IMG/VR virus record: IMGVR_UViG_3300020430_000007
DNA: 64,000 nucleotides
DNA from: a virus
Direction: 5' to 3' (one strand)
This document shows, in pieces, positions 54,801 to 64,000 of this stretch. The notes below the pieces were generated by a model that was not told the origin of the DNA, did no database searches, and worked only from the letters and a program-made list of their open reading frames with translations. The position numbers were made by a program, and so were the translations under genes. The stretch's first letter is position 1; every line of letters starts with the position of its first letter.

Positions 54801-57021
54801 ATTAGACGGTGGTGGTGTTGGTAAAGTTACCATAGTCAATGGTGGTAATAACTTGAGTAGTTCCGATAATGAATTGATCGCTGTTGACAATACCAATGGG
54901 GTAGGAATTATCTCTGCATCTTACTCAAATCCTAATGTAACACTTAGATTACAAACTCCTATTGGTGGTTTTACAACATCATTACCCATGCCCTTCAACG
55001 TAGGTGATAGAGTTTTTGTTGAAAATGTAGGGGTAAGCTCAGGACAAGGTTATAATTCTGAAGATCATAATTTTGAATTTTTTACCCTTACTGGAGTGAC
55101 CACTGCGTTTGGTTTGGTAGATCAAGCAACAATTACATATTCAATAGACAAAGATCCTGGTTTTCATGATTTTGAAAAATTTGGAACAGTATCTAATGAA
55201 AAAAATATTGCTAAATTTACATTAAACTTATCAGAAGGTATTTTTAATAATAATGAAAAAGTTTTTACCTCCTCAGGTGCAAAAGCGAGAATTATTTCTG
55301 GCGACGGAAAAACTAGAAATGTTTTACGAGTTGACAATATTGTAGGACTCAATACTGGTGATAAACTTACAGGTGAGTTGTCACGTGCTAGTGGAACAAT
55401 AGAATCTTTGGCATCGTATACTGGACATTTTAAGTTAGATAGTTCTGTCAATAAGAGTTTTGGTTGGGAAAATGATACAGGAAAACTAAGTGATTTTTAT
55501 CAGAGAGTGCAAGATAATGACTACTATCAAAATTTTTCATACTCCTTAAAAAGTAAAGTTGGAGTTTCTAGTTGGAGTGAACCAGTTGACTCGCTATCTC
55601 ATATCGCTGGATTTAAGAAACACTCTGATTTACTTATTCCTTCCATTGCTGGAGTCGGTGCAAGTGTGGTTGGTATTAGTTCTCAAGCAGGTGGTGTAAT
55701 CCTATTGGATTCTGTTATTGATATGGAAAAAAGAGATCAGTTTGATCTTGTCTCAGAAAATACTGATATCAAGGCAAAAAGCAGTAGTGAAATTAATTTC
55801 AATTCTAAGAGATTTGGACAAGCAATACAATGTAAAGGTAATAGGGTGTTAGATTTAGATGATATCTCAGAGCAATTTTATTCTGATCCTGATATATTCA
55901 GGTCTCTTGAATTAGACGTATTTGACATGACTGAAGTGTCAGCAGTAAAATATTATGCACAGGTTGTTCTTGACACATCTTTAGAAATTACTTTCAACGC
56001 AACACAATACACTGAGTTTGTGGTAAGTCATGACGGAAACATAGCATTTTTAAACACGTACTCTGAGTTATCTGATGCATTTGATCTAGGTGAGTTTACT
56101 GCCACTGCATCTGGAAGTATTTGCAGCGTGTCATTTTCTCCATTCAATACTACGTTTGAATATGACATAACATTCCACAAAGAAGTTCTTGGTTCTGCTG
56201 TAGGGGTAGGAACAACTGCTTTTGGAATGGTGCAAAAGGTTGGTATGACATCAGCAATTGCTGCATCAGGTTCACCTGTTGTACAAGTTATAGCAGAGAT
56301 GGACGGAAGTAAATTCAGATCTGGTAGTGTGATAGTTTCTGCTGGCACAAAGACAGAAAAAGAAATAGATGAGTTTGCTTTTGTGCTTGCAGGTACAAAT
56401 AGTATGAATTTTACTAATTTTGGTAAAATGGATGCTGGAACTGATATGGGAACTTTTGTTCTAAATCAGGCAAGTGGTGTAATTAGATTAGAGTTTACCC
56501 CTGCAGCAAATCAAGATGTAACTGTTTCTACATTGTCAACTGTAGTTGGTGTTGCCACCACCGTTGCTGCAAGTGGATTCACAACAACCAGATATAGAAT
56601 TGGTGATACTGAATTAAACTCTCGTAGGACCGAGATATCTGCTGCAGCATCTCCTTCTGCAACAATAATTTCTAATCAATCATCTAACAATTATACCTCT
56701 ATAAGATATACAATCGAGGTTGAAAACACCACTGATAATGCTTATTCATATTATAATGTGGTTGCTAATACATATGAGGGAAGCATCAATTTTGTAAAAT
56801 TTAATAATGTGTCCACTGCATCAGGTATATCAACTATTGGTGCTGATACTAGTGTGCCTAATGATATAAGAGATATTCGTGCTACAGAGGTTGTCTCTTC
56901 TGGTAATGATACTCAATTGAGATTTACTCCTGCACCAAACAAAGCATATAATGTAAGAGTTGCCGAACTGAGAATCGACAAACCTGATGCTCTATCAAGT
57001 GACCTAACAGTTGGATTCTAA
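48808..57021 (+). CDS. gp7: Baseplate wedge initiator gp7-like giant structural protein (contains YHYH-like domain)
   Basis: KDFYKSKGT motif, HSPIIGWAYDGHPIYGP..LDEHNGRF, QDNDYYQNFSY..SHIAGF; follows gp6. Confidence 0.75.
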   Translation: MIQTSITKVKVSEVIQGQIPEHIDVENPLFSEFLRQYYISQEFQGGVIDIADNLSDYKKLDFLNNENLIGFTSLTNFTNANEETIFVESTKGWPRQYGLLKIDDEIITYSGIGSTSFIGCTRGFSGIENNSKTNQPEFLTFSQTGVSTHKEDSRVTNLSNVFLNTFLKKLKNQFLPGFAERNINTNVNQANFIRQAKDFYKSKGTEEAFKILFGALFNEKVEMVQPSKFLIRPSDADFIVNDVLVCEAIKGDPEKIKGQSLIQDTQPLQTSASIFDVERATIDGKKFYKIAVDQSSLVGKFKQIGKTFITKTSGIGETILNVDSTVGFGTTGTINFEDRIFNYTSKNLTQFFGISAFTSPCGIGSTVTSGLEAFSFEDGDLSKIVRVNVLGVLSEFVGDAFNQQTNSDINVKTLGIEQKELRWSSWIYNTTASHSLVGFEDLGGNSYRFDLVNSHVFYVGDKLDIIDQDGIIQEGTVSSTPNDRSVVASTGNLDPQIKYYIRRRLKTTSDGFTADIQNTYTDNETVVVASNSLPHWTIDPQKRVRTFVSSLNNAGTIIEVTDHNFHDGELVVYSCSSTKLTNLINNQPYHIKKIDNNRVALAYSLENVRNSVLITAFTDDDVANTTLHFLTPDVVFGSTIGAQKLLRRFDEPQFAETKTKTVQGGVGLFANGVELYSYKATDKVFYGPIESVDILNSGSGYDVIFPPRLSVTQTGHTGVGCSAITHVEGKLVDILVDTEGLDYITTPTVSITGGNDTSARARAQMKLVDQEVEFDSTSQAGIVNLISDRFVFSKPHGFKHGEEIIYRSNKSDAIGIGTTPGKLIDEASYFVVKIDDFQIHISETKQDATLGIGTIDLLSHGGGVQSFFATQKRSKVDQIVIENAGKFKNRQNTAKDSTGINTFTNTISIIDHNFISGDTVRYSADDAIGGLVSGTDYFANVIDTNTFRLSSQKDLSDIISFGSIGSGTHTFQDPPIEVVLSGRQGIVTTNSLATPIARGKIIGLHIENAGTDFGSTVINDNNKPDIKIVEGEKSFLQAFVINGRIDQIIILSGGEQFFSTPDIIITGDGVGAKAKAVIENGSIVRIDMINKGISYSQEKTSVRARTPGSSAIFSGNIKEWTVNQVEKLAKYGDVKNDDGFFENIKVASLGNPYVNYYVPRNLRSYLGDDGTTHSPIIGWAYDGHPIYGPVGIVNGTLKILDSSYSKLSGTERPNGPPLNIYPAGFFCEDFTFIEGYGDLDEHNGRFAVTPDFPNGIYAYYATVDKIATQNPLDPFDGIRRPIFPYVIGDSYHSSPIEFNLSLNSIQDIDFNKTNFIRNTDPHNINEYEFVTNSNKNTFTNSKILSIKSNSLDNISIIESGREYNVGDTLTFDNKNTEGFGAIGKVVEVTGPTISTITSTITDFENVTFFTSSNFVTGVTTLPHNLSNNTFGEVLGTPTALLSTPKIKVESIRSILTDPMLSVGLTTDVSFSDRFSTKKFGINDIIKIDDEQLKVFGFNSLSNKYKLLRAQNGTVSAAHTFGSIIERQERKFTFPLPNNFKDVVKENFTRFFDATSVVGVGLTFGVGVGVTISIDNVDRFIPTRSIFIENNDFSHGEKLLYSAGAGTSLTYQTDAMKRVNTNFKSPLPPEVFVQKIDNNLIGIVTTRTGIGSDLDRVMFDTTTGIGNTHNFTTTRGEVKGTFRVVDVQATTVGVHSMRPNDKINLSIVSSGTSVVTATYDSGTRFVSIGSTNNPPLSVTIGDTLIINTDDGSMLDTKLKFFLDQEYKKPFVGSGVSAVEIRENSIPGNLAGLTSITFTPQVPDILYYKFVPVGTGINSKVIEVDEDVVDYSKIVVNTSKFAGKHSITTTGSNTFNYNIASVPEKVGYSSSSELKYTIDSKTQRGGVGRILLSSGGTGYKDIPEVSVASTTGRSASVKAIGEKIGEINNVQIVDFGFDYPSDNTLRPEAEVAQIISLKDNFSVTSVGITSVGSKYLTPPNFVVYNRKTNTISEESQFFAELDGGGVGKVTIVNGGNNLSSSDNELIAVDNTNGVGIISASYSNPNVTLRLQTPIGGFTTSLPMPFNVGDRVFVENVGVSSGQGYNSEDHNFEFFTLTGVTTAFGLVDQATITYSIDKDPGFHDFEKFGTVSNEKNIAKFTLNLSEGIFNNNEKVFTSSGAKARIISGDGKTRNVLRVDNIVGLNTGDKLTGELSRASGTIESLASYTGHFKLDSSVNKSFGWENDTGKLSDFYQRVQDNDYYQNFSYSLKSKVGVSSWSEPVDSLSHIAGFKKHSDLLIPSIAGVGASVVGISSQAGGVILLDSVIDMEKRDQFDLVSENTDIKAKSSSEINFNSKRFGQAIQCKGNRVLDLDDISEQFYSDPDIFRSLELDVFDMTEVSAVKYYAQVVLDTSLEITFNATQYTEFVVSHDGNIAFLNTYSELSDAFDLGEFTATASGSICSVSFSPFNTTFEYDITFHKEVLGSAVGVGTTAFGMVQKVGMTSAIAASGSPVVQVIAEMDGSKFRSGSVIVSAGTKTEKEIDEFAFVLAGTNSMNFTNFGKMDAGTDMGTFVLNQASGVIRLEFTPAANQDVTVSTLSTVVGVATTVAASGFTTTRYRIGDTELNSRRTEISAAASPSATIISNQSSNNYTSIRYTIEVENTTDNAYSYYNVVANTYEGSINFVKFNNVSTASGISTIGADTSVPNDIRDIRATEVVSSGNDTQLRFTPAPNKAYNVRVAELRIDKPDALSSDLTVGF

Positions 57022-57038
57022 ATACCTAAAAAACAATA

Positions 57039-60000
57039 ATGTTTCAGTTAGCATCTGTAAATAAACAATTTAACAAGGCAACAGAAACCTTTAGAAAGTC
57101 ATTTAATTTGACTCATAGGGGTGAACCTCTTTTTGTTAAAACATTTGATGCTAGTTCTAGTGCCATTGTAGATACAGATGATAATACCTTTATAATTAAT
57201 AATCATTTTTTTAGAACAGGAGAACCACTAATATATGATGCCACCAATGGATCTGCGGTTGGTATCCAACATAGTTTAAATGGTGTGGGTGCAGCAACGA
57301 CCTTACCAATAAAAGTGTTTGCAATTGAGGTTGGAGAAAATAAATTTAAGGTTGCATCAAGTGCTGCTAACGCTGCCTCTAATTTACCAATAGGGTTGAC
57401 AACAGTTGGCATAGGCACAACTCATAGATTTATAGCAGAAAAACAATTATCAAAATGCATTATTTCTCTTGATAATGTTATACAAGCACCACTGTATGAA
57501 ACAGATGGATTCCAAACAGAGTGTATGAACAATGTGATTGGTAGAGAAATTGTATTTAAGAATGTCGGTGGATTCAAAAAATTTGACTTAATAAGGATAA
57601 ATGATGAAATAATGAGAATTCAAATAATCGGATTCGGAAATAGTGCAACTAATGTATTAGTAGATCGTGAATGGTTTGGAACATCACAGTTTGCTCACAA
57701 TATAGGAGACAGTATTAAGTTGATACGTGGTGACTACAATATTATACAAGATAAAATTCATTTTGCGGATGTTCCTTTTGGTGGTAGAAGAGATGAGGTG
57801 GGTGTATCTTCAGAGACTATAAGTGTGGATACTAATTCATTTACTGTTCTTACTGATTTATTTGAGTCTGGAACAAAAGTAAAATTAAGAACTTTAGATC
57901 CACCTACACCACTAGAAGAAAACAGAGAATACTTCATAATAAAAAATTCTGCAAATAACTTTTCATTCGCAAACGATAGAGGTGATGCTTTACTAGGTAA
58001 TAAAATAAATCTTACAACATCTGGTATTGGCACACACAAATTATTGGTATCAGGAACTGTTGAGGGTAGTTCTTTCCAAGGGAGGGTATTTACAAGATCA
58101 GATTATAATGATAATGTTGTTTTAGATGACATCTCAGAATCATTTACAGGTATAGCAAAAACATTTACTGCAAAAAGTTCTGGAGTAAACACTACTGGAA
58201 TATCTACTGATTTTGGTGTCATATTAGTAAACAACATTTTCCAAAGACCGACAATTGACTACAGATTAGATGGCACTCCTGCAACAGGTATTACAACTAT
58301 AACATTTACTGGTAACGAGTCAACCATTCAAACAGAATCATATAGTACATCTGATGTAAACTCAAACAATCTACCAAGAAAGGGAATTATTACACGTATT
58401 GATGAGTGGGAAAAAGGTTATGGATATCAACCTAGAATTGTTGGTGTTGGTTCTGCGATAGTTTCTGCAGCAGGAACTGTATCTAACATTGGTCTTGGTT
58501 TTACTGGTAGTGGATATAGAAACAACAATGAAACAACCTATAGATTTAAAGTTTTAGGAGGGGGTGCTACCACAAGTGCTGCTGGAACATTTACAACTGA
58601 TGTTGGACATATAAAATCTATTGATATAGTTGATTCTGGTTCTGGATACTATCATAAAACAGTATCAAATGCAATTCATGATATAAATTCAGGTATCATG
58701 ACAGTTACAACATCTGCCAATCATAATTTAGCAGTAGGTGACAGGGTTGTATTAAGTGGTATTAATATGACTGATGGATCATCAACATATTCATTCCCAT
58801 TTCCAGATGAGATTGGTTATCAAGGAGCAAGGGTTGTTGAGATTGTTCCAAGTGTAAGGAAATTTTCTGTAAATGTTGGTGTTCATACTGTTGCTACAAC
58901 ATACAGCAGTGGTGGTGTTATTAATAAACCAACAGATGTTGTTTTCGACTCACCTATTGGATATGATGATGTTGCACTTATTAGTTCTCTGACAGGAATT
59001 GGAGCGTCGGTGTCAATAGACGCAAACACGCTCACTCAAATGAAGGGATGGGAACTAACAAATGTTGGTTACGGATATAGTGAGGGTGAGATACTTACGA
59101 TTAGCAGTGGCATTAATACAGACCCGACTTTACATGAAAAAGGTTTTATAGATGTTGCTAGTGGTGATGAATATAAAATAGAGCATGCAGATTATAACTC
59201 AAATGTAGGTATACTCACTGTTGCCATAGGTATTCATACGTTGACAGTGGGTATGGGAGTTAGTTTGAAAGACAAAGCTATTGGTTTTACTTGTGCTAAA
59301 GACAATTACAGCACTTTACATAAGTATCCAAGATCAACTGATCCTGTGTCAGGAATAAGCACAGAAATTGTAGGTGTTGCTGGAACAACTATATCTATAA
59401 ATGTTGGATTACCTCCTGCAAATGAGAGATATGAATATAAATTTGCAGGAGCAGCATTCAAGGAGTCTACATTTACAGTCAAGTTCACGATGGATGATGA
59501 GTTTGCTGGATGGGTGTTTGGTAAATTGCAAATACTTGATGATTTTTCAAATGAATTTAATGGTAGTAAAACTGTTTTCACATTGAGAGAAAATTCTGCT
59601 GCAATCAGTTTTGAAAAAGATATTGGTAGTCCAGTTATAATTCAAAATAGTCTTCTTATATTCATTGATGATGTGTTACAAGAACCTGGCAAGTCATACG
59701 TATATAATGGTGGTACACAATTAGAGTTTTTAGAGGCACCTAAGGCAGGATCTTCTCTTCAAATTTTATTCTATAAAGGGACAGACTCTGATGTAGGAAC
59801 CTTAAGTGCAACACCATCACTCAAGACTGGTGATAAAGTAAATATTGAGAATCAAGATATAAGAGTTGTAAGAGATCTTATTACAAGAGACACAATTCAG
59901 TCAACACTTTACAAAGGTCCTGGCATAAGTTCTGCTAGAGTTCCACTAAGACCATTGTCATGGAGTAAACAAAGAGATGACTCTTTTGTTGATGGTGTAA

Positions 60001-60743
60001 AAGTAAGTAAAGCAAGAGAAGACTTACTTTCGTTTATATTTCCTGCTGGACGCATAATCAAAGATATCGCCACCACAGATACTGTTCTTTATATTGATAC
60101 AGGTGTAGCAAGTTTCTTATATTCTGAGGAACCTGATGCATCTAATAGTAGTTGTAGGATTATTGATACTGATAAGAATAACAGTGGATATGGATCAACA
60201 GGATTCCATTTTCCATTAAAAGACATAAGTGGTGTAAGTTTTGTAGGAGATGATGGTATCATCACTGGTGTAGGAACTCAAAACAATAAAATAACCTTTG
60301 AGTTTACACTCCCTCTAAATTCTCCCTATAGAGAGAATCAATATGGTGGTAAAACATCAACAGCAATTGCAAGTGGTGATTATTTTATTGTAACTAATTC
60401 AAGTGTTGGTTCTGGGGTAACTGCAAAAGATTCTACTGCCTCTACTGTTGTGGGTGTTGCAACAGAATTTTTAGATGGTGTATATCAAGTAGCATCTACA
60501 CCAGTTGCTGTTGGATCAGGTCAAACAATGAGAGTTACTTGTAACATTGAATCTAATCATGGACTTGATTTTACAGGTCTTAGTTCAGGATCAGGACAAT
60601 TTTATGGTAATTACAGTTTTTGTAAAATAACCAGTGCTGCTGTTGGTGCTGCTTTCACTTGCAACACTCTTAATGGTCTTACAGGTATAGCGACTGCACC
60701 TCAGGTCATAAGGTCTGAAAGATTGTCGTTAGACTACACATAA
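57039..60743 (+). CDS. Large virion structural (baseplate-associated) protein
   Basis: 1234 aa with NHFFRTGE and GIGTTH repeats like gp7; lies between gp7 and gp8; CTAAATA late box upstream. Confidence 0.7.
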   Translation: MFQLASVNKQFNKATETFRKSFNLTHRGEPLFVKTFDASSSAIVDTDDNTFIINNHFFRTGEPLIYDATNGSAVGIQHSLNGVGAATTLPIKVFAIEVGENKFKVASSAANAASNLPIGLTTVGIGTTHRFIAEKQLSKCIISLDNVIQAPLYETDGFQTECMNNVIGREIVFKNVGGFKKFDLIRINDEIMRIQIIGFGNSATNVLVDREWFGTSQFAHNIGDSIKLIRGDYNIIQDKIHFADVPFGGRRDEVGVSSETISVDTNSFTVLTDLFESGTKVKLRTLDPPTPLEENREYFIIKNSANNFSFANDRGDALLGNKINLTTSGIGTHKLLVSGTVEGSSFQGRVFTRSDYNDNVVLDDISESFTGIAKTFTAKSSGVNTTGISTDFGVILVNNIFQRPTIDYRLDGTPATGITTITFTGNESTIQTESYSTSDVNSNNLPRKGIITRIDEWEKGYGYQPRIVGVGSAIVSAAGTVSNIGLGFTGSGYRNNNETTYRFKVLGGGATTSAAGTFTTDVGHIKSIDIVDSGSGYYHKTVSNAIHDINSGIMTVTTSANHNLAVGDRVVLSGINMTDGSSTYSFPFPDEIGYQGARVVEIVPSVRKFSVNVGVHTVATTYSSGGVINKPTDVVFDSPIGYDDVALISSLTGIGASVSIDANTLTQMKGWELTNVGYGYSEGEILTISSGINTDPTLHEKGFIDVASGDEYKIEHADYNSNVGILTVAIGIHTLTVGMGVSLKDKAIGFTCAKDNYSTLHKYPRSTDPVSGISTEIVGVAGTTISINVGLPPANERYEYKFAGAAFKESTFTVKFTMDDEFAGWVFGKLQILDDFSNEFNGSKTVFTLRENSAAISFEKDIGSPVIIQNSLLIFIDDVLQEPGKSYVYNGGTQLEFLEAPKAGSSLQILFYKGTDSDVGTLSATPSLKTGDKVNIENQDIRVVRDLITRDTIQSTLYKGPGISSARVPLRPLSWSKQRDDSFVDGVKVSKAREDLLSFIFPAGRIIKDIATTDTVLYIDTGVASFLYSEEPDASNSSCRIIDTDKNNSGYGSTGFHFPLKDISGVSFVGDDGIITGVGTQNNKITFEFTLPLNSPYRENQYGGKTSTAIASGDYFIVTNSSVGSGVTAKDSTASTVVGVATEFLDGVYQVASTPVAVGSGQTMRVTCNIESNHGLDFTGLSSGSGQFYGNYSFCKITSAAVGAAFTCNTLNGLTGIATAPQVIRSERLSLDYT

Positions 60744-60764
60744 ATAAACAAAAAGTTTTAAATA

Positions 60765-62303
60765 ATGCCAGCCGTCATCACGAATCAGATCAGGGTATTG
60801 AATGCGTCTAATTTTGTTAGCGGAATTTCGACGACAAACAATAGTTACTATATTTTTATTGGATTACCAAATGCAACTGAAGTTGCGTCTGATTGGAATA
60901 CAAATACTCCATCACCCATAGACAATTTTGATGAGCATGATAATGTCTACGATACGATGATATCTGCAAAAAAAATTACATCAAATGATGTTCTTAGAGT
61001 TGTCAATAAAGTAAATTGGACAAGTGGAACAATATTTGAGATGTATCGTCATGATTATAGCGTCAATAACTTAAGTCCACAAACAAGTTCTACAAGTCTT
61101 TACAGTGCAAACTATTATGTTATGAATAAAGACTTTAGGGTTTATGTTTGCATATACAATGGATCTGCTCCATCAAATAGTGGGCAAGGTATAGTATCAC
61201 TTGTTGAACCACTACACACTGACTTACAACCCAGATTAGAAAGTGACGGTTATATATGGAAGTATCTTTATACCATAAAACCAAGTGAAATCTTAAAATT
61301 TGATAGTGCTAACTTTATGCCTACACCAGCAGATTATGCAAATAATCCTGACTGTGCTGATGTAAGAAATGCTGCTATAAATGGAAAAATTGAGGTAATA
61401 ACTATTGAGGACACGACTAATGCTGCCTATCAATTTAACGGCACAAAAAACAATGTTCCAATAAGAGGTGATGGTGATGGTGGATTAGCTTCAGTAACAT
61501 TTTTGAATGGTAAACCATCTTCTGTTCAAGTGACAAATGGTGGTTCTGATTATTCTTTTGCAACTTTAGATTTAGACTCAGTTGTTACAGGTGCTGGTGC
61601 ATCATTCTCTGTTATCATACCACCGCCAGGCGGTCATGGTGCTGACGTATACACAGAGTTAGGGTCAAATAAAGTATTGGTTTATTCGAGAATTGAAAAT
61701 ACTGATGTAACTAATCCTGATTTTCCTTCAGGAAATCAATTTGCCAGAATAGGAATTCTTAAAAATCCTATAGAAAATGGCAGCACTAATTTATTAACAG
61801 CAGCAAGTGTTACAAACACAAAAGCATTACGTGTAACAGGTGCTACTGCAGATAGTTTGTCAGCATCCATAGATGGTTTAATCACTCAAACTGTGGGAGT
61901 TGGATCAACTGCTGTAGGTAAAATTATATCCTATGATAACTCTACTCAAGTATTGAGATATTGGCAAGATAGATCTCTTGCAACAAATGATTCCAATGGA
62001 ACACCACCTACCTTTGGATACAAGCTAAATAAATTCAGCAATACACCTGGCACTGGCGGTAGCACTAACGTTGTTGTAACAACTTCCTCAGGGACAGAAA
62101 CCGTTGGTATTGACACTGGTTTTGTTGGAGTCTCAACAACAATAAATGCTAAAACTTTTTACTTCGGTCAATCGTTTACAAACGGAATAGCAGAACCAGA
62201 GATAAAAAAACATTCTGGTGATATCATATACATTGATAACAGACCAGAAGTGACAAGAGCCTCAAACCAAAGGGAAGATATTAAGATCATCTTAGAATTC
62301 TGA
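60765..62303 (+). CDS. gp8: Baseplate wedge subunit gp8
   Basis: MPAVITNQIR..YYVMNKDFRVYVC..DGYIWKYLYTI..SGDIIYIDNR..EDIKIILEF. Confidence 0.88.
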   Translation: MPAVITNQIRVLNASNFVSGISTTNNSYYIFIGLPNATEVASDWNTNTPSPIDNFDEHDNVYDTMISAKKITSNDVLRVVNKVNWTSGTIFEMYRHDYSVNNLSPQTSSTSLYSANYYVMNKDFRVYVCIYNGSAPSNSGQGIVSLVEPLHTDLQPRLESDGYIWKYLYTIKPSEILKFDSANFMPTPADYANNPDCADVRNAAINGKIEVITIEDTTNAAYQFNGTKNNVPIRGDGDGGLASVTFLNGKPSSVQVTNGGSDYSFATLDLDSVVTGAGASFSVIIPPPGGHGADVYTELGSNKVLVYSRIENTDVTNPDFPSGNQFARIGILKNPIENGSTNLLTAASVTNTKALRVTGATADSLSASIDGLITQTVGVGSTAVGKIISYDNSTQVLRYWQDRSLATNDSNGTPPTFGYKLNKFSNTPGTGGSTNVVVTTSSGTETVGIDTGFVGVSTTINAKTFYFGQSFTNGIAEPEIKKHSGDIIYIDNRPEVTRASNQREDIKIILEF

Positions 62304-62307
62304 TACA

Positions 62308-64000
62308 ATGCCACAGAACACCAATTTAAATGCTAGTCCATATTTTGATGATTTTGAGTCGTCGAAAAACTTCAATCGAGTTTTATTCAAACCTGGCACT
62401 CCTGTTCAAGCAAGAGAATTAACGACTTTACAATCTATCTTACAGGGACAGATTGAAAAATTTGGTAAACATATTTTTAAGGAAGGATCTGTTGTCATAC
62501 CTGGTTCTCTTGGATTTGATCAAGAATATACTGCTGTAAAAGTTGAGTCTACATTTTCTGGTGTTCCTGTTGAACTTTATTTTGATAGATTTATAGGTGT
62601 AAAAATAAAGGGTAAAATTTCTGGAGTTACCGCAAAAGTTGTTAAAGTTCTATCTGCATCTCAATCGGAGACAGGACATACTACTCTTTATATAAAATAC
62701 TTATCTTCTGGTAAAAACAAATCTCAAGAATTGTTCTCAAGTGGAGAGAATTTATTTACAACAGTTCCTGTTACTTATGGGACAACAACTATTGGTGGAG
62801 GTTCAGATTTTGCCACATGCATACAATCGAATGCTACAGCACAAGGTTCTGCTTTTACAGTAACAAAGGGTATATTTTTTGCTCGTGGTGCTTTTGTAGA
62901 GGTTCCAACAAAAACTATTTTATTAGATCAATACAATCCAAATCCATCATGTAGAGTTGGTTTTCTTGTAAAAGAAGAGATAGTGACTGCTGTAGATGAT
63001 GAGAGTTTATATGATAATGCTGCAGGATTCTCAAACTTTACTGCACCAGGTGCAGACAGACTTAAAATAAGTTTAGAACTTACTAAAAAACCATTAGATA
63101 ATCTAAGTGATGAAAATTTTATTGAGTTGTTTAGGAGTGACAAAGGAACAGGTGAGAAAATTGTCAACAATACACAGTACAACGAACTTGGAAAGGAACT
63201 TGCAAGAAGAACACATGACGAGAGTGGAGATTATTTTGTAGACAGATTTAGTTTACAAGCAAAAGAGTGTCTTAATGATAGACACTCTGTTTTTGGAACA
63301 TATTTTCCTGAGCAAAAAACTAGAAGAGGTAATGTACCATCAAAAGATTTACTCAATATAAAAATAGGACCAGGTAAAGCGTATGTAAAAGGTTTTGAGA
63401 TAAAGGTATGTGGTTTTAGAATTTTAGATATAGAAAAACCTAGAACTACAAAAAAAATAACAAGCAGTGCCATACCATTTCAAGCAGGAAATAAACTTTC
63501 AGTAAACAATACTTTAAACGGTGCTCAAATTAAATTAAACGCCACTAACTCTGATTTTATTGATTTACGTGATACAAGATTAGGTGCTACAAAATCGACT
63601 GCTGCTGGAAATAGCATAGGAAGAGCAAGGGTGTATGATTATAAAACAACTAATGCAAATTATACTGGCAATGAAACTCAATTTGATTTATTTCTTTGGG
63701 ATATACAAACTGATACCACAGTCACGATAAGTACAACTACCACTCTTTCTGTGCCTGCTTTTATAGAGGGTTCAAGATCAGGTGCTAGAGGTTATCTAAA
63801 ATCTTCCATATCAAATTCAGCAGATCTGGTGCTTACACAAACATCAGGTAAATTTATTGTTGATGAACCCATTATTATTAATGGTATACAAGATGGAAAG
63901 GTCGTTAGATCCATAAGCGAAAAAGATTTAGCAGATGTGAAATCAGTAAGATCAACTGGTGGATCAAGAACCTTTGCTGCAGATGTAGTATTAGAACCAA
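62308..64000 (+). CDS. DUF4815/VrlC-like large structural protein (3'-truncated by window edge)
   Basis: MPQNTNLNASPYFDDF..RVLFKPGTPVQARELTTLQSILQ, APGADRLK, GKAYVKGFE. Open to the window end; missing from the ORF track. Confidence 0.85.
   Translation, partial: MPQNTNLNASPYFDDFESSKNFNRVLFKPGTPVQARELTTLQSILQGQIEKFGKHIFKEGSVVIPGSLGFDQEYTAVKVESTFSGVPVELYFDRFIGVKIKGKISGVTAKVVKVLSASQSETGHTTLYIKYLSSGKNKSQELFSSGENLFTTVPVTYGTTTIGGGSDFATCIQSNATAQGSAFTVTKGIFFARGAFVEVPTKTILLDQYNPNPSCRVGFLVKEEIVTAVDDESLYDNAAGFSNFTAPGADRLKISLELTKKPLDNLSDENFIELFRSDKGTGEKIVNNTQYNELGKELARRTHDESGDYFVDRFSLQAKECLNDRHSVFGTYFPEQKTRRGNVPSKDLLNIKIGPGKAYVKGFEIKVCGFRILDIEKPRTTKKITSSAIPFQAGNKLSVNNTLNGAQIKLNATNSDFIDLRDTRLGATKSTAAGNSIGRARVYDYKTTNANYTGNETQFDLFLWDIQTDTTVTISTTTTLSVPAFIEGSRSGARGYLKSSISNSADLVLTQTSGKFIVDEPIIINGIQDGKVVRSISEKDLADVKSVRSTGGSRTFAADVVLEP

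Noticed and set aside
46433-63473. Minus-strand and alternate-frame ORFs inside the baseplate genes
   Set aside because: Shadow ORFs of gp25, gp6, gp7, the 1234-aa gene and the DUF4815 gene.

Overview
AT-rich fragment of a T4-like (Kyanoviridae-type) marine myovirus, most likely a cyanophage. This is inferred from the gp25-gp6-gp7-gp8-DUF4815 baseplate block, the cobT-like/cobS pair, TATAAATA late promoters and the early-promoter motif. Layout: tail-fibre module (1-12.2 kb); left glycan-related island, mostly on the minus strand (12.2-19.0 kb); core/early region (19.0-32.2 kb); right glycan-tailoring island (32.2-46.2 kb); baseplate/structural genes (46.5-64 kb). The core/early region holds the VWA/zincin + CobS AAA+ pair, a ~190-nt structured non-coding RNA candidate, a radical SAM gene, a putative restriction endonuclease with two DNA methyltransferases, an array of small early genes behind nine copies of a palindromic promoter element, and an origin-like non-coding stretch. 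The most striking feature is the two-part island. It encodes a putative non-canonical Kdo-like (ulosonic acid) pathway (SIS isomerase, HAD phosphatase, KdsB cytidylyltransferase, HpcH aldolase), a carbamoyltransferase, three SGNH proteins, a 2OG-Fe(II) oxygenase, two putative glycosyltransferases and 14 paralogues in two P-loop/sulfotransferase-fold families. In one family all 8 copies replace the catalytic PSB-loop Lys with an aromatic residue. All assignments come from motif recognition by eye; no database searches were run.
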